Source: Laetmonice hystrix (Eukaryota). From it: a DNA stretch of 60,000 nt. Shown here piece after piece: positions 39,503 to 53,847 of the stretch (positions within the stretch are counted from its first letter, which is position 1; the number at the start of each line of letters is the position of its first letter). The notes beneath the pieces were generated by a model. That model had not been told where the DNA came from. It saw only the letters and a list, made by a program, of their open reading frames with translations, and searched no databases. A program made the position numbers and the translations under genes. The stretch is taken from assembly GCA_965235115.1 (NCBI GenBank), contig OZ249436.1, positions 30,816,001 to 30,876,000 of the forward strand. Direction: 5' to 3'.

Positions 39503-41070
39503 CTGAAAGAACTTCTAGAATGGACAATACAGTGACGTTACTATGGGATGTCTCACAGTTGTTGAATGTCAGTGATTGAAATCATTATGTAATTCACAAT
39601 CATTTAAATACATGTATAGAGCATTTTTCGTTTGATTGTGACTGGAAATTTGGCAAGAAAAGGTTTTTATGAGATAGCTGCTGTAATTTCACACGTTTAA
39701 TATAATGATGTACATAATGTATAAAGAAACGGCACCGCAAGTACACGATAAAATTCATGCACAATTCATTTGTTTAGGGTTATTCTTCTACGTTAAACAC
39801 GGTGCGAGGATTGTAATGTAAATCTGACAGACTCCCATACAGTGTCGGGATTATTGCCTCCTGACCCATCCCAGGGATATTTTTGTCAGGGGGGCGGGGG
39901 GGGGGGGGGCCCTTGAATGTTGACAATCCCAAAAGGGCCAGAATTTAGGATGCATATGTCGGAAATGAAGGTCCATAATTTTGGATCTTTTGCAAAATAT
40001 CTGGACTTCTGACCCAGTGGTTTACAAAAAAGGTCCACAATTTTGAATCTTTTGTAAAATATTTGGAGGTCTAAACCACCCCCCTTACAAAAAGGTCCAA
40101 ATTCTTTTTAGAAAAGGTCCAAAATCTTAAATGTCACCCCTTGGAGATTTGATAAAAGTATCCCTTCATCCAGTGGGGCACCCAAGAGGCAGTTTGCCAT
40201 AATGGGGAAAGCATGCACACTGCCCCGATTTTGGTCAACTGCAGCTGTGCCACTTGGCTCCCATTTCGTTTTTCAAATAGATTTCAGATTTGCTCCAATT
40301 ATGGGCTACTGAAGCCGATACCACTTAGGTAGGCAATTTCCTTGGGCATAAAGGTCACTGCAAGTCCTTGGGGACTGGGACTATGGCATATAAAAATAAG
40401 GTTGTTCATTCAATATATGGGATGGTAAAACATCATCTGGTAACAGTATATTTTATTGGCCGTTGCTATAAATGCTCCATAGCAGTAGTCGTATGCATGT
40501 CATTCTGCAGCTATCGTAAACACGGCAGATATTCACCAGTACATGTAGTTGTGGACTCTACACTATAAAAACTGATGACCAACAAGGTACGTTACCTTAA
40601 TTTTCTTGAACGTTACCTTAATTTTCTTTAATAAAAATATCTGTACAAGAAACAATCAATCATTCCCAAGGAAGGTGAAATGTATTTTTACTCTAATTAA
40701 TAAAATTAGACATTTTGAGCTCACACATGAGGCAAAAAAGGCCTTGCACTGTACATCACCAAGGTCAATCAATGTACCTCTTTACGCAACCTGTATCATT
40801 TACTGGCAGTTTCAATGCATGTACCGTCCAGTAAATGGATTTTATATACCAGGAGTATGTCCCTATATTTCTGTTGGCTGCCCTACCAGAGAATATTGTC
40901 ACAATAATAATTTACTTATAATAAAAACCATAACTATTCTTGATCAACAGGTTTGAAATTTCCCAATCTACTATTACATAATTATCTCTTGCAATGATTA
41001 ACGGTACATAAAATGATTGGTATTCTTGAAAGATGTTTTCTGTGTCCTGCTGCACTGTTATGCATCAGGA

Positions 41071-44000
41071 TTAAAGCCACTGCTCAGCTGGGGTCGACGA
41101 CAGATCGATGACTCGCCATGCTGCTTTCGGATCAAGAATGGTCTGGTCACGACACAGGGCCCATACATGAAACACCCTCAAAATCTTTTCCTGAAGAACA
41201 GAAAAAATGCTATTTAGTATATTTAGCAAGGACGAAACTGTTTACAATGACCGAAAGATTAAAAAGTCTACAGAATAGTCAGATTTAAGCTCATATGGCA
41301 CAAGAACTAAAATAACATAAATTGTATTCAAACCTTTTACTTAGTCAAATTTGACAGTTGCTGTCAGTAAAAACACTGGAGAACCTAGTGACAACAGTGT
41401 AAGAAATAAAGGTATAAAAACTAACCACTCATAACGCTGACCACCACTATTGCTTTAGTTGGTTGAACTATATACTTACTGGGTCTCCTTCAACAACTAG
41501 GCCAGCAGTGTTCTTCACAACTATAATTTGCTGAGCATTGAAACTCATCACAAGCACTGGTCCCTGTTCCATCATTTTACCAGCTACAATCTGGTTGAAA
41601 ACAAAAAGATAAACCACCTTATACAAAGTCAAACCTTAATCAGGTTATATTCATTTCAATCTCCTAACAATTTGTCAGAGATGCTCTTCAAAGCAAAAAC
41701 ATATTATTTTTATATTAATAAAGTTTTATCGTTTTAATATATTTTTCATCCATGCACAACACAATAGCACCTCACCCATTGCACCTGTATTGGTACAGAG
41801 TATTGAATTACATTTGAAATGAAGTATTTAAAACAAAATACCAGCTGAGCTAACTCACATCTACATTATTGATGTCTAAGATACGGGAATCAAAGACATA
41901 GCTTGCTTGCTTGGCTTGGTTGATTGGCTGAGCAAGAACATTGAAACACTGAAACAAGAATATCATATTTTGGTTAAAATCTGTTGCACACTCCATGGAG
42001 AATTCAAATGTGCTTACACCGTACTGTATGGATAATCACAAATTGATACAAATTACGATGCAGTTTGACAGTGATGAAATAAGATCAACCTTTCACAGTT
42101 TTTGTCACTAACAAATCCATGGCTGACCTCTCTCATCTCAATATTAAATTTGACCTCAGTTTGAAAAACATTACGAGGCGTCTACAAGCTTGATCACTTT
42201 ATTCTTCTCTTGCAAATAACACTTACCGCTTCATGGCACCAGTCTTTTAAGACTTCAATATTTCCTTTCACTATTGCCTGTGAAAAGATTAAGAGTGCAA
42301 GGGATTCTTGATGAAGTAATGATATGAAATGTTTAATCTCTTTTTAGTATTAATGAGATTATAGCCAAAGTGTGGGCTTCCATCATCATTACGTGTTTCA
42401 CTTGAATGAGTTTCAGTTTCACATGAGCTATCTGAAAATACAGCTACCTCAACTACCAGCATTTATAATTTCATACTGATGGACTCATCTTCTAACAGGC
42501 AAGTTTGGAGTTCTGCAAAATTTATATCGTTGGTGAATTAATACCATCATTACACACTAAGGGGTACCACCTGCATGTCAGGAGCTCATTCATTAGAAGT
42601 GATTCAAAATCAAAGTTCTGTGAATGACTCACCTCTAACACATTGGGAATGATATCATATTTACAGTCCAGGATAAATTGTTCCTTGTCAAAGTTAGGAT
42701 CCATCTTGGTGATCTCTGTTAATACTTCTGACATCTCAGTTTTGGCAAACACGCCACCTTTTAAGCAAAAAACGAATTTTAACTTTATGACCGATTCCTC
42801 CAGATCTTAGATAATCAACAGGAAGAACTGACCAGAGAATGCGGATACATGAACAGAATTTTGTGAATTCTTCAGCATTTTGACTCAAGAAAAATTGCCG
42901 CCATTCTCCAAAAGAGAGGCAATGGGCTACATGCATGTGGAGAGCAGGTGGGGGGAAATATAATGTACCTACCAAACATTTCAGAAACTTTGTCTGTGAA
43001 TGTCCGTGTGGCACGAATCACAAGGTGATCACTTTCATCATATTTTGTCTTCAAGTCAAACATTTCTGAGAAAAGAAAGGGTTTACAATTATTTGAAATG
43101 ACAACCCTTCCAAGCAGCATCCTTGCATGTCAATCTCAAATACATGTACCTGGATTTAATCTGTTCACCAATACTACCTGCAGAAAAAATCTGTATTTTA
43201 CTTACTATGTACATATTGGTTGTTGTCCTTGAAGTTCTGCCAACTCTGGAACCATTTTGAGTCTTTGTGCATTACCACTCCCATTGCTTCCCTGAAGATC
43301 AAATAAAAGGCCATAATAAGATGACGTACAAGGTTATGCTTTGTAAGTGAAGTATTCAGGGTTCATCAGAGAGCCAGTGAAACCTTACGTGTCAGCTTCA
43401 AGTGGTTTCTCTTCACCAGGCTTGTAGGCACTATCATCTCGCATTCGTAGCTTCTCTGTTAAAAGAAGGTCAAAATATTTAGAAATAATTTTTTAAAGGA
43501 ATAACACCCCATAATTTGTCCTCAAAGTCGATAAATTAACAGTATGGGCATTGTCAAATAAACCACCTTCACAGTCTGCTCTGGAATTAAGAAAGTCGTA
43601 GCTTCCCACATCAAAAGGTGCCATCATAACCAAAAATAACACTGCCAATATGGTTACTATCGGTGCATTTCATCCTCTCCCACTTTCCCTGACCTCAAAT
43701 CATGCCATACCTGGACTTTTGTAGAGACGACCCTTGGAGAAGGCAGTTTCATCTATTTCTGACTTAACAGCTTTGACACCCTGTAAGTAGATGGTGGGCC
43801 ATTATAAAATGCATGATTGTTAGCTACAGGTCATGAAAGTAAAGACAGACACAGAACATGTTTCGAGTCATGTCAAAATTTATTAACTGAATATAAATTT
43901 ATCTCTAAAACAAGTAAAATTCAATAATGAATATACACGTACTAACAATGTCACACTGGTTCAACCACATAACATGTAAATTTGTTTGAAACTGAAGAGT

Positions 44001-47000
44001 TTCCTCACCTGAGACACCTGTTTGAAGATTTTTGTTTGGCTAACTTGTTCTCCTTGTTTACTGACTGTCTCTGCAGCTCGACCTGCTGTCTTACTGAGTT
44101 CTTCCACAAGATCTTTACCCCTGCGAGCCAGTTCTGATTTCTCTGCTTCAGACAAAGTCTTAAAAAACAAATAATCCAAAAGTTATCAAGGTCACACATA
44201 AAATGTAAGTCAATTGCTGCTATGTACTCTAGAATCTACATTTTAACTTTTTTTTCACAACTGAACCTTATATTTATAGATGTAACACAACTGATGTTGC
44301 AACATAGGACAACATAACGTTCACCACACTTGGGTAGTGTAGCTTTGTGTTACAGTAAGGCTTGTTGTCCAGTACAATATTTGAGATCATGAAACGTATA
44401 CATGTAGCTTCAAAATCATTAATACATTAATCATTAATGATGTGGAAATCTCTGAATTAAAAAAACTACGGCTTCATGAAGTTTTACTGTATGTCTTCAT
44501 TTTAGCCTCAACACTACATTATAATTGAACACCTTGTATCACTCACCTCTTTGACCTTATCTTGAAAGACACTTAACTTCTCTTTAAACACCTTTGACCC
44601 TTTTGCTGTTTCTGATTCAATAGATTCCTATTCATAAAAGAAACATCTGTCAGGGATGCTAGAGGTTGTCCAATACATTACAGGTATCATAATTTCTATT
44701 ATGTGAATCATTTTGATCTTTTTTGCTTTTAATATCAGCATAAATCTATAATGTTCAGTGTCTTCTTGATAAATTCATCAAATATGCTTAGGGAATAAAC
44801 ACACTGAGGCAACACTCAAATAACTGACCAAAGCCAAAGGTTAAGGTGCTTGCAAAGACTTACATATTTCTGGCGAGCTTTCTGAAGTGCCTCAGATTTG
44901 TCTAATTTATCAGCTTCCTCTCTAAATTTTTTAAGGTTTTCCTGCAAAAACAGATGTACATCATAAAAAATTGTATTACCAAAAGTTAGCTATTGCAAAA
45001 ACAGTGTTCGCGTTAGCATTTTTGAAATTGGGTCCCAGGGATCTCAGTACCCTCTAAAATGAGTTCCCAAGTAAAACAGTCCCATACAATATTTGTCAGT
45101 TTTTCTGGCTGATAATAGAAAAAATTACCGTAATCAGATTCCATGAAGGTAACACTACCTGAGTGGCCCAAACCTTAGAGGGGTGTTGGTTTTAAAGTAT
45201 GAACAAATCTTCCTGCAGGACTTCTACAATAGGGGATTACGCAAAATGCTTCAGCGGAACTCTTAATATCTTCGCTTGGTTAATTTCATAAGTGGATAGA
45301 AATAATATGACAAACCTTCATATCTTTGTTCTTCTGAAACTCATTTTTAATGTTCTCCACAAACTGCCCAATGAAGCCTTTGCGCGAAGACATATGCCTA
45401 ACTTGTCTCTGAAAAATGCATGGATTACTGTGAATAATGGTGCATATCATATGGATCAATTACAGTATTCAACTCTCAATAAATCATTCACTTTTTACCA
45501 CATCATTTTAGACTACTAGCTATGCATTTTTATGGAAATAAATTAAACCAGTTTCTGTCATTCATTAAGACCGCAAGTTAAACTTAAAATTACCTCAAAT
45601 AATCGGACATCAAGTTGGCCATTGCTGCTTGGGAACAGCAACAGACTCTGTGTTCTTCCACTGTACCCACTCAGACACCGGTGACATAATTCCCCACGAT
45701 AACCTCTCTGTGACAACATAAGTAGTAAGATCTCATTCACACTATAATACAGTACCTTGCCACCATTTTTTTTACACTATATAACTAACTAGTAGTAACT
45801 TTGAAGTCTGGAATATTTATTACTTGGTCAGCTAATACGGCACAGACGAGTACTGTCTACAGCATTCAGTAGCTGGGCTTCTGCTAGCCGTTCGCCACGT
45901 TGGCATTGGTGAAAACAATAGCTAAGTGGCAAAATGGAATACATGTATATAACAAAACACACCATGTTTTCGTAATTCATTGTGATCTATTTCTGAAACA
46001 CACACCGCCCCAGGATTTATATTGTATTTATTAGTTGAAGAAACAATATGGCTAAACAAATTCTGATATGGCTAAAGCATTTGGTTACCCGTTTAGCCAC
46101 GGTGGCTAAACACTATTCTTGCATAGAGGAAGCCCAGAGTAGCACACTAAAATTAAGGTTATATAGCACATGGTACCATTACATGTACAGTGAACCAGCA
46201 AAAATTGGCTAACACAAAAAAAATCACAGACTAATCAACTCTCACCCATTGAGTGTTCACCACCATCTCACACATCTCACACAATCAATTATTAACCAAT
46301 TCAGAAATAGGAACACTTTACTAAATGGAGGTCCAGGGATGTGCCCAGAGAAAAATAGTTTTGCGCTAGCACCGAAGGCGCAAGGTTTTCAGTTGGCAAG
46401 GGGTGTCTATGACATGCAGCTCACCGATTCAGCATCTCATTCTAACTCCTTCACTATATTTGATATCAAGGTTGGAAGCTCTCATTTCACCTTTTCTTTC
46501 AATGAGGGGGTGAGGGGATTTAACTTATTTTGATGGACTCCTTAGTTAGGCTAAGAAAAACAACTTCAATGGTAAGTTTTTCTGTTTTTATTATTTTTTT
46601 CTAATACTGGGATATTTTGTCCCTGCAAGAGCTTCCTGTTTGGCATAAGGACTGCCAGGATGTTGACCTCACCATTTTTATCATCTGGGTCACAGCTGTC
46701 AAAACTTGTCACAAAAAAATCTCTTGTAAACTTGATGTTTTCTCAATAAGGAAACGTGTGATCAAGCTAAAACTTTCTGGCCCTTTACCTGAGATAATGG
46801 TAAAGCTGCTCTAGTCTGTAAGTTTGAACCATAGCTGACTCTGCTATAACGCCGGGATCATACTCGGCCATGAGATCGGCCATGTGCTTTGACTAAAATT
46901 AAAATCTGGGGTCATCATGGTGTTTTCTTAATGATATCATAAAATCTTGCATGATAAAACATTTGAACTGGGCTAAATAGGTGATTATATGACGTTACAT

Positions 47001-48054
47001 ACATAGAATGTCTATGCATATTGTTAGAAGCCTGCTTCAATGAAATTTAGGAATGGTAACCCAGTGTCAGTCAGGAAACGGGCGAGATTGCGCCTGCGCC
47101 CGTAAACGCCCGTGAAAAGAAATTACTGGCGTGATTCATGACGCCCGTGGAAAAGACCACCGCATGATCCGAATAGCGCCTACTGCAGTGAGTGCATACT
47201 TAACTCACTTCTGAAAGACTGCAGTATACTCCCAAGGGAGTCCTCAGCTGGGCAAGGCAAAGCTCATGCACAACTAACAATAGTAACATGAACAAAACAT
47301 TGAGACATCCCTCTGGCTCTAATACCGTTTCGAATTTTCCTCTGTCTGGACTTGAAATAGCGGGAGTTCAAGTCACCCCCTGACGGGAGTGAATCACTCC
47401 CCCGAGGAGCACCAGGGGAGTGATTTTTATAGCTCGTGTGGCAAATCCAGGGGAGTGACTGATAGCTCCCGCAGGAAAATCTCCTGACTGACACTGGTAA
47501 CCCTGAATTTGTTGGGGATGAGCTACCCGAGACAGTTCCTAAATTGCTGCAAGGGATTATAGAAACTTTGGTGGTGGAGAAGTAAATGATTCTTTCGGGG
47601 GGGGGGGGGGGGAAGGAGATCCCCCCGGAAAAAAGGGGCAGAACTACAAATTACAATACTATAATGCACTGGCAGAAGGAAACCCTTTCATCATAGTCTA
47701 CATCACTCAATGTTACTTCTGAGGTCGGGTGTTGAAGTAGACGGAATATGAGTCATACTTAATAGGTGTTAGTAACTCACGACACAAATCTACTCGATCA
47801 TTTCATCAGTAGTTACACAACGATTTCAAGGACAGCGTGTAAGGGGCGATAATAGGTGTAAACATCTATAGATCTGTCCTTGAATCAGCGAGTCGCCGTC
47901 TTCCAACAGTTTCGAAAAACAGAATGTCATTATTGAAAAGGTTATAATTTTCCCCCTTTTAAATAAATTGATAATTGGGTTGTAATTAAAAACTTACGCT
48001 GCTATTCACTAACGCCTGGCAACACCAGCGGACGACTCGACCAGTCCCCGCCAT
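41071..48054 (-). CDS. TIMM44: Mitochondrial import inner membrane translocase subunit TIM44, 15 exons, ~461 aa
   Basis: Exons 48054-47998, 45707-45594, 45408-45316, 44941-44864, 44627-44547, 44158-44009, 43780-43711, 43455-43389, 43291-43206, 43065-42973, 42757-42633, 42277-42227, 41948-41859, 41590-41480, 41190-41071, all GT-AG and in phase. Motifs KFREEADKL, HKDSKWFQSWQNFKDNN, KTEMSEVLTEITKMDPNFDK, LKDWCHEA, GKMMEQGPVLVMSFNAQQ, VWALCRDQ..DPKAAWR. Confidence 0.97.
45873..46137. mobile_element. Short-TIR MITE in TIMM44 intron 1, 5-bp TSD AGTAG
   Basis: AGTAG|CTGGGCTTC ... GAAGCCCAG|AGTAG, with repeated TGGCTAA subterminal motifs. Confidence 0.6.
47062..47496. mobile_element. hAT-like MITE in TIMM44 intron 1, 6-bp TSD GTAACC
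   Basis: GTAACC|CAGTGTCAGTCAGGA ... TCCTGACTGACACTG|GTAACC. Subterminal GGGAGTGA and CGCCCGT repeats. Confidence 0.85.
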
Positions 48055-48097
48055 CTTGCCTGTCGGAAATGGACGGCTGCAAGGTAACTTCCGGTTC
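48048..48097 (-). promoter_or_regulatory. TIMM44 proximal promoter motifs (YY1-like and ETS-like)
   Basis: CCGCCATCTT (YY1 consensus) overlaps the start codon. ACTTCCGG (ETS consensus) at ~48088. Locally CpG-rich. Confidence 0.45.
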
Positions 48098-48272
48098 ATG
48101 TAGAACTTCAAAGCCTATGGCGAGCCAAATGTACGTTAACCCACCCAATTTTTAGAGGCCGTCCTACCCCGCCCGTAACGCTTTCAATGGAGCTTTATAT
48201 CACCCCCCCCCCCCGGCCAATAAACAATTTGTATTTGTATAGATCTACTACTATAAATAGCCTACATTGATA

Positions 48273-49086
48273 AGGAACCGCCTGGGGCAAAGTGAATCAT
48301 GCAAGGCCAAGGGGCACAGACAGGTCACAGTGAATTAATCAGGCCTCTCGATCCAGTAGTTCCCTTCATATACTGATATAGTGTTTTTTTTTCCATTTCA
48401 GTGTCTGGCTGTGTTTAAAAATGTTGGTTGTTGAATGTTGGGGAAGAAGGGTCTCGGGACTCACGCTATAGTAAACAAGCTAAAAGTATGTTTTTATGCA
48501 CCTAATTTCCATGGCTTCTTACTGTGTGCCATCTTATAAATCATCTAGAAGTAATAAGTCCATTATGAAGCTGCAGCATATAGAGCTATGTTTGTCACAA
48601 TACTGAATGGGTGTTTTCTTGAAACAAAAGCAATGTGTGACCTTGGGAGGCAGTTTTGGGCAGTGAGATCACGTGGGGCACGGTGAATCGGGACACAGTG
48701 AATCATTTGAATTTAAGGGGTTTGGGCTGAATGTCCTGTTGTGAATCGTTAGTAAATAAATGTCGTAATTAACTGAATGATTAGAAAGGATCTTTCATTC
48801 ATCCTAAGTGCACAATCACGAGGTCCACTGAAAATTTAGTGGAGTGATTCACTGTGCCCTGAAAGCCGATTTATTCTACTCCGGCACTGGGGCACAGTAA
48901 ATCACTAAAAATCTGTTTTCCAAAATCCTGTCCTGTTAGGAGAGTAGCAAAGTTCTGCTGCCTCGTGAATTAATACACAACACCGCCCTCTTTCAGATGC
49001 AGAATGATATCAAAATAGTTTCACCCCCAGGACAGGAAGAAAATTAACAAAACAACTTTTCTGATCCACTGTGTTTCGGCTTCCCC
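48273..49086. mobile_element. Decayed TA-flanked TIR element with reiterated GGGCACAGTGAATCA motifs
   Basis: Left end TA-AGGAACCGCCTGGGGCAAAGTGAATCA. Right end TGATCCACTGTGTTTCGGCTTCCCC-TA. Internal motif copies at ~48320, ~48675, ~48690, ~48845 (inverted) and ~48889. Confidence 0.6.
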
Positions 49087-50542
49087 TACATCAGATTTCA
49101 TCACTCGATCTTCGTGTGTATTATCAAAACCCATACTAGGGCATTTATTTATGAAACAATTATACGGATACCACGCTCGCTACCACCTCACAGTCACAAA
49201 AAGAAATGGTAAACTTCTTGTTGTACTGGTAATCTGCAACACTCTTTCAGAAATATCCTTGTTTATTGTAGCAGCATTCAATAATAAGCCTACTTAAAAA
49301 TAATAATAACGGGTCATGATCATCCATCAACATCTACTTAGTTTACAACTTTCACAAATGTAGGCGTAGCCCGTCTGGCAGCGATGTACCATATTGCGAT
49401 ATACAGGAAATGATGCGTGTATAGCTTAAATGCAACAGAGACTTTCTGTTAGAGGTGCCTACTGCTGGTTCCTGCTGTTTTTAGCAATGATTCAACTAAG
49501 TACGGCGCATACATTCTGTGACTCTTTACGCGTTCATCTCCAGGACTCTTTATTAGAAGAGATTAACGCCTAAACAGATTATTGATATGGATTAACATAT
49601 TGTGACCATTGTCTGATCCATACTACCGTGAAAACAACTTAATTACTACAGTAATTAACAAATGCAAACTCAAGTCGCACAGGTCTTCTGAACTCCTTCC
49701 ATAAGATTACTCCTCCCCCCCCCCCCCCCAAAAAAAAAGAAGTTTGTTACGAGTATCACCATATATATACCGGTATTTCCTTCATGTATGGATGTTCACA
49801 ATTTACAGCAGCCATAACGTTAACGAAAACATCAACAGTCTTATTAGTGGAGATCTGGCTAAAGTAGGATTACAAATGATGTGTAAAACATAGCAGAACG
49901 ATATTTTTTTTTATTAATTCTCGGTCCGCATGTACAAAGCCAAACCCCTCAGTTTGGCAAGAGATTACTGCATATGTACATAGGGTAATCTTTTAACCAT
50001 TGAATCTCAACCTGAAGTTTACATGGCAAGCATCACTTAACTATTCTTCTTACATTTATTAAAAAAATGCTCACTGAAGAAATGCAGCAATACTGTACAG
50101 TTCAAATATTTTTAGCTTCTACCCCCATGCGGAATCTTAAATTGTTGTATCTAACACGACTCGATCTTTCAGAGCTCAGTGGTTCTTTTTGGTCGTTTTT
50201 GTTGTTTTGTTTTTGTCGTTAGCACCAAGATGTGATTGCAAAGGAATTCTCAATCAAATGTAAAATTTCAAGCGAGATGAAGCAATATATGGCCAATTTT
50301 TTTTTTAATTACAACTTTGCTGGCTAGAACGGTATAGAAATATGCTCCCTCCCTGCATCTACGAAGCCTGCAGTTCATCAACTTCTGTGAAGCTGGTTGC
50401 ATTCGGTGATTAATGCCTGTAGCATGGGGTCCATATCCATCTTATCCCTTTTCCCATCCCTCGAACCTTGGACCCTTCTAATCTCAATCAAAGTGAACTT
50501 GCTCGACCGCATATCCATCCTCACACATTCGTTCAATGACTC

Positions 50543-51432
50543 CTGCGGCTGTCGTCAGCTGGCAGCCTCATGTCGACCCTCCCAGAGACAGCTCCAGAGC
50601 CACTGAGGCTGTCTTCAGCTTGGCGCCTCATGTCGACCCTCCCAGAGACAGCCTCAGAGCCACTGCGGCTGTCTTCAGCTGGCGGCCTCATGTCGACCCT
50701 CCCAGAGACAGCCTCAGAGCCACTGCGGCTGTCTTCAGCTGGCAGCCTCATGTGGACCCTCCCAGAGACAGCCTGGAGCCACTGCGGCTGTCTTCAGCTG
50801 GCAGCCTCATGTCGACCCTCTCAGAGACGGCCTCGAGCCACTGCGGCTGTCTTCAGCTGGCAGCCTCATGTCGACCCTCCCAGAGACAGCCTCAGAGCCA
50901 CTGCGGCTGTCTTCAGCTGGCCGCCTCATGTCGACCCTCCCAGAGACAGCCTCAGAGCCACTGCGGCTGTCTTCAGCTGGCAGCCTCATGTCGACCCTCC
51001 CAGAGACAGCCTCAGAGCCACTGCGACTGTCTTCAGCTGGCGGCCTCATGTCGACCCTCCCAGAGACAGCCTCAGAGCCACTGCGGCTGTCTTCAGCTGG
51101 CCGCCATATGTCGACCCTCCCAGAGACAGCCTCAGAGCCACTGCGGCTGTCTTCAGCTGGCAGCCTCATGTCGACCCTCCCAGAGACAGCCTCAGAGCCA
51201 CTGCGGCTGTCTTCAGCTGGCAGCCTCATGTCGACCCTCCCAGAGACAGCCTCAGAGCCACTGCGGCTGTCTTCAGCTGGCAGCCTCATGTCGACCCTCC
51301 CATAGACAGCCTCAGAGCCACTGCGGCTGTCTTCAGCTGGCAGCCTCATGTCGACCCTCCCATAGAAAGCCTCAGAGCCACTGCGGCTGTCTTCAGCTGG
51401 CCACCTCATGTCGACCCTCCCAGAGACAGCCT
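50543..51432. repeat. 60-bp GC-rich minisatellite, ~15 copies (copy A)
   Basis: Unit CTGCGGCTGTCTTCAGCTGGC(A/C/G)GCCTCATGTCGACCCTCCCAGAGACAGCCTCAGAGCCA. Confidence 0.95.
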
Positions 51433-53100
51433 TAGTAAATAACTAAAAATCTGTTTTCCAAAATCCTGTCCGAGTTAGGACAGTAGCAAAGATCTGCTGC
51501 CTCTCGTGTTAAATACACAACACCGCCCTCTTTCAGATGCAGAATGATATCAAAATAGTTTCACCCCCAGGACAGGAAGAAAATCAACAAAACAACTTTT
51601 CTGATCCACTGTGTTCTGGCTTTCCCTCAATAGGATTTCATCACTCGATCTTCGTGTGTATTATCAAAACCCATACTAGGGCATTTATTTATGAAACAAT
51701 TATACGGATACCACGCTCGCTACCACCTCACAGTCACAAACAGAAATGGTAAACTTCTTGTTGTACTGGTAATCTGCAACACTCTTTCAGAAATATCCTT
51801 GTTTACTGTAGCAGCATTCAATAATAAGCCTACTTAAAATAATAATAACAGGTCATGATCATCCATCAACATCTACTTAGTTTACCACTTTCACAAATGT
51901 AGGCGTAGCCCGTCTGGCAGCGATGTACCATATTGCGATATACAGGAAATGATGCGTGTATAGCTTAAATGCAACAGAGCCTTTCTGTTAGAGGTGCCTA
52001 CTGCTGGTTCCTGCTGTTTTTAGCAATGATTCAACTAAGTACGGCGCATACATTCTGTGACTCTTTACGAGTTCATCTCCAGGACTCTTTAGTAGAAGAG
52101 ATTAACGCCTAAACAGATTATTGATACGGATTAACATATTGTGACCATTGTCTGATCCATACTACCGTGAAAACAACTTAATTACTACAGTAATTAACAA
52201 ATGCAAACTCAAATCGCACAGGTTTTCTGGACTCCTTCCATAAGATTACTCCCAAAAAAAGTCGACACACACTGAGTTTGTTACGAGTATCACCATATAC
52301 CGGTATTTCATTCATGTATGGATGTTCACAATTTACAGCAGCCATAACGTTAACGAAAACATCAACAGTGAGAGTATTAGTGGAGGTCTGGCTGAAGTAG
52401 GATTACAAATGATGTGTAAAACATAGCAGAACGATATTTCTTTTATTAATTCTCGGTCTGCATGTACACAGCCAAACCCCTCAGTTTGGCAAGAGATTAC
52501 TGCATATGTACATAGGGTAATCTTTTAACCATTGAATCTCAACCTGAAGTTTACATGGCAAGCATCACTTAACTATTCTTCTTACATTTATTTAAAAAAT
52601 GTTCACTGAAGAAATGCAGCAATACTGTAAAGTTCAAATATATTTAGCTTCTACCCCCATGCGGAATCTTAAATTGTTGTATCTAACACGACTCGATCTT
52701 TCAGAGCGCAGTGGTTCTTTTTGGTCGTTTTTGTTGTTTTGTTTTTGTCATTAGCACTAAGATGTGATTGCAAAGGAATTCTCAATCAAATGTAAAATTT
52801 CAAGCGAGATGAAACAATATATGGTCAATTTTTTTTTTAATTACAACTTTGCCGACCAGAACGGTATAGACATATGCTCCCTCCCTGCATCTACGAAGCC
52901 TGCAGTTCATCAACTTCTGTGAAGCTGGTTGCATTCGGTGATTAATGCCTGTAGCATGGGGTCCATATCCATCTTATCCCTTTTCCCATCCCTCGAACCT
53001 TGGTCCCTTCTAATCTCAATCAAAGTGAACTTGCTCGACCGCATATCCATCCTCACACATTCGTTCAATGACTCCTGGCTCTGCCATATGCCATTCTCAC

Positions 53101-53847
53101 GACCTCCCAGAGACAGTGGCTCAGAGCCACTGCGGCTGTCTTCAGCTGGCAGCCTCATGTCGACCCTCCCAGAGACAGCCTCAGAGCCACTGCGGCTGTC
53201 TTCAGCTGGCAGCCTCATGTCGACCCTCCCAGAGACAGCCTCAGAGCCACTGCGGCTGTCGTCAGCTGGCAGCCTCATGTCGACCCTCCCAGAGACAGCC
53301 TCAGAGCCACTGCGGCTGTCTTCAGCTGGCAGCCTCATGTCGACCCTCCCAGAGACAGCCTCAGAGCCACTGCGGCTGTCTTCAGCTGGCCGCCTCATGT
53401 CGACCCTCCCAGAGACAGCCTCAGAGCCACTGCGGCTGTCTTCAGCTGGCAGCCTCATGTCGACCCTCCCAGAGACAGCCTCAGAGCCACTGCGGCTGTC
53501 TTCAGCTGGCCGCCTCATGTCGACCCTCCCAGAGACAGCCTCAGAGCCACTGCGGCTGTCTTCAGCTGGCCGCCTCATGTCGACCCTCCCAGAGACAGCC
53601 TCAGAGCCACTGCGGCTGTCTTCAGCTGGCCGCCTCATGTCGACCCTCCCAGAGACAGCCTCAGAGCCACTGCGGCTGTCTTCAGCTGGCCGCCTCATGT
53701 CGACCCTCCCAGAGACAGCCTCAGAGCCACTGCGGCTGTCTTCAGCTGGCCGCCTCATGTCGACCCTCCCAGAGACAGCCTCAGAGCCACTGCCGTTGTC
53801 TTCAGCTGGGCGCCTCATGTCGACCCTCCCAGAGACAGCCTCAGAGC
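53101..53847. repeat. 60-bp GC-rich minisatellite, ~12 copies (copy B), overlapping the PWWP gene stop codon
   Basis: Same unit as 50543-51432. The TGA at 53817-53815 lies inside the rightmost unit. Confidence 0.95.

Larger units (their letters stand above)
48897..53847. repeat. ~2.5-kb tandem segmental duplication (copy A ~48897-51432, copy B ~51434-53847)
   Basis: Co-linear near-identity from AGTAAAT.ACTAAAAATCTGTTTTCCAAAATCCTGTCC through to the 60-bp array, with scattered substitutions and small indels. Confidence 0.95.
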
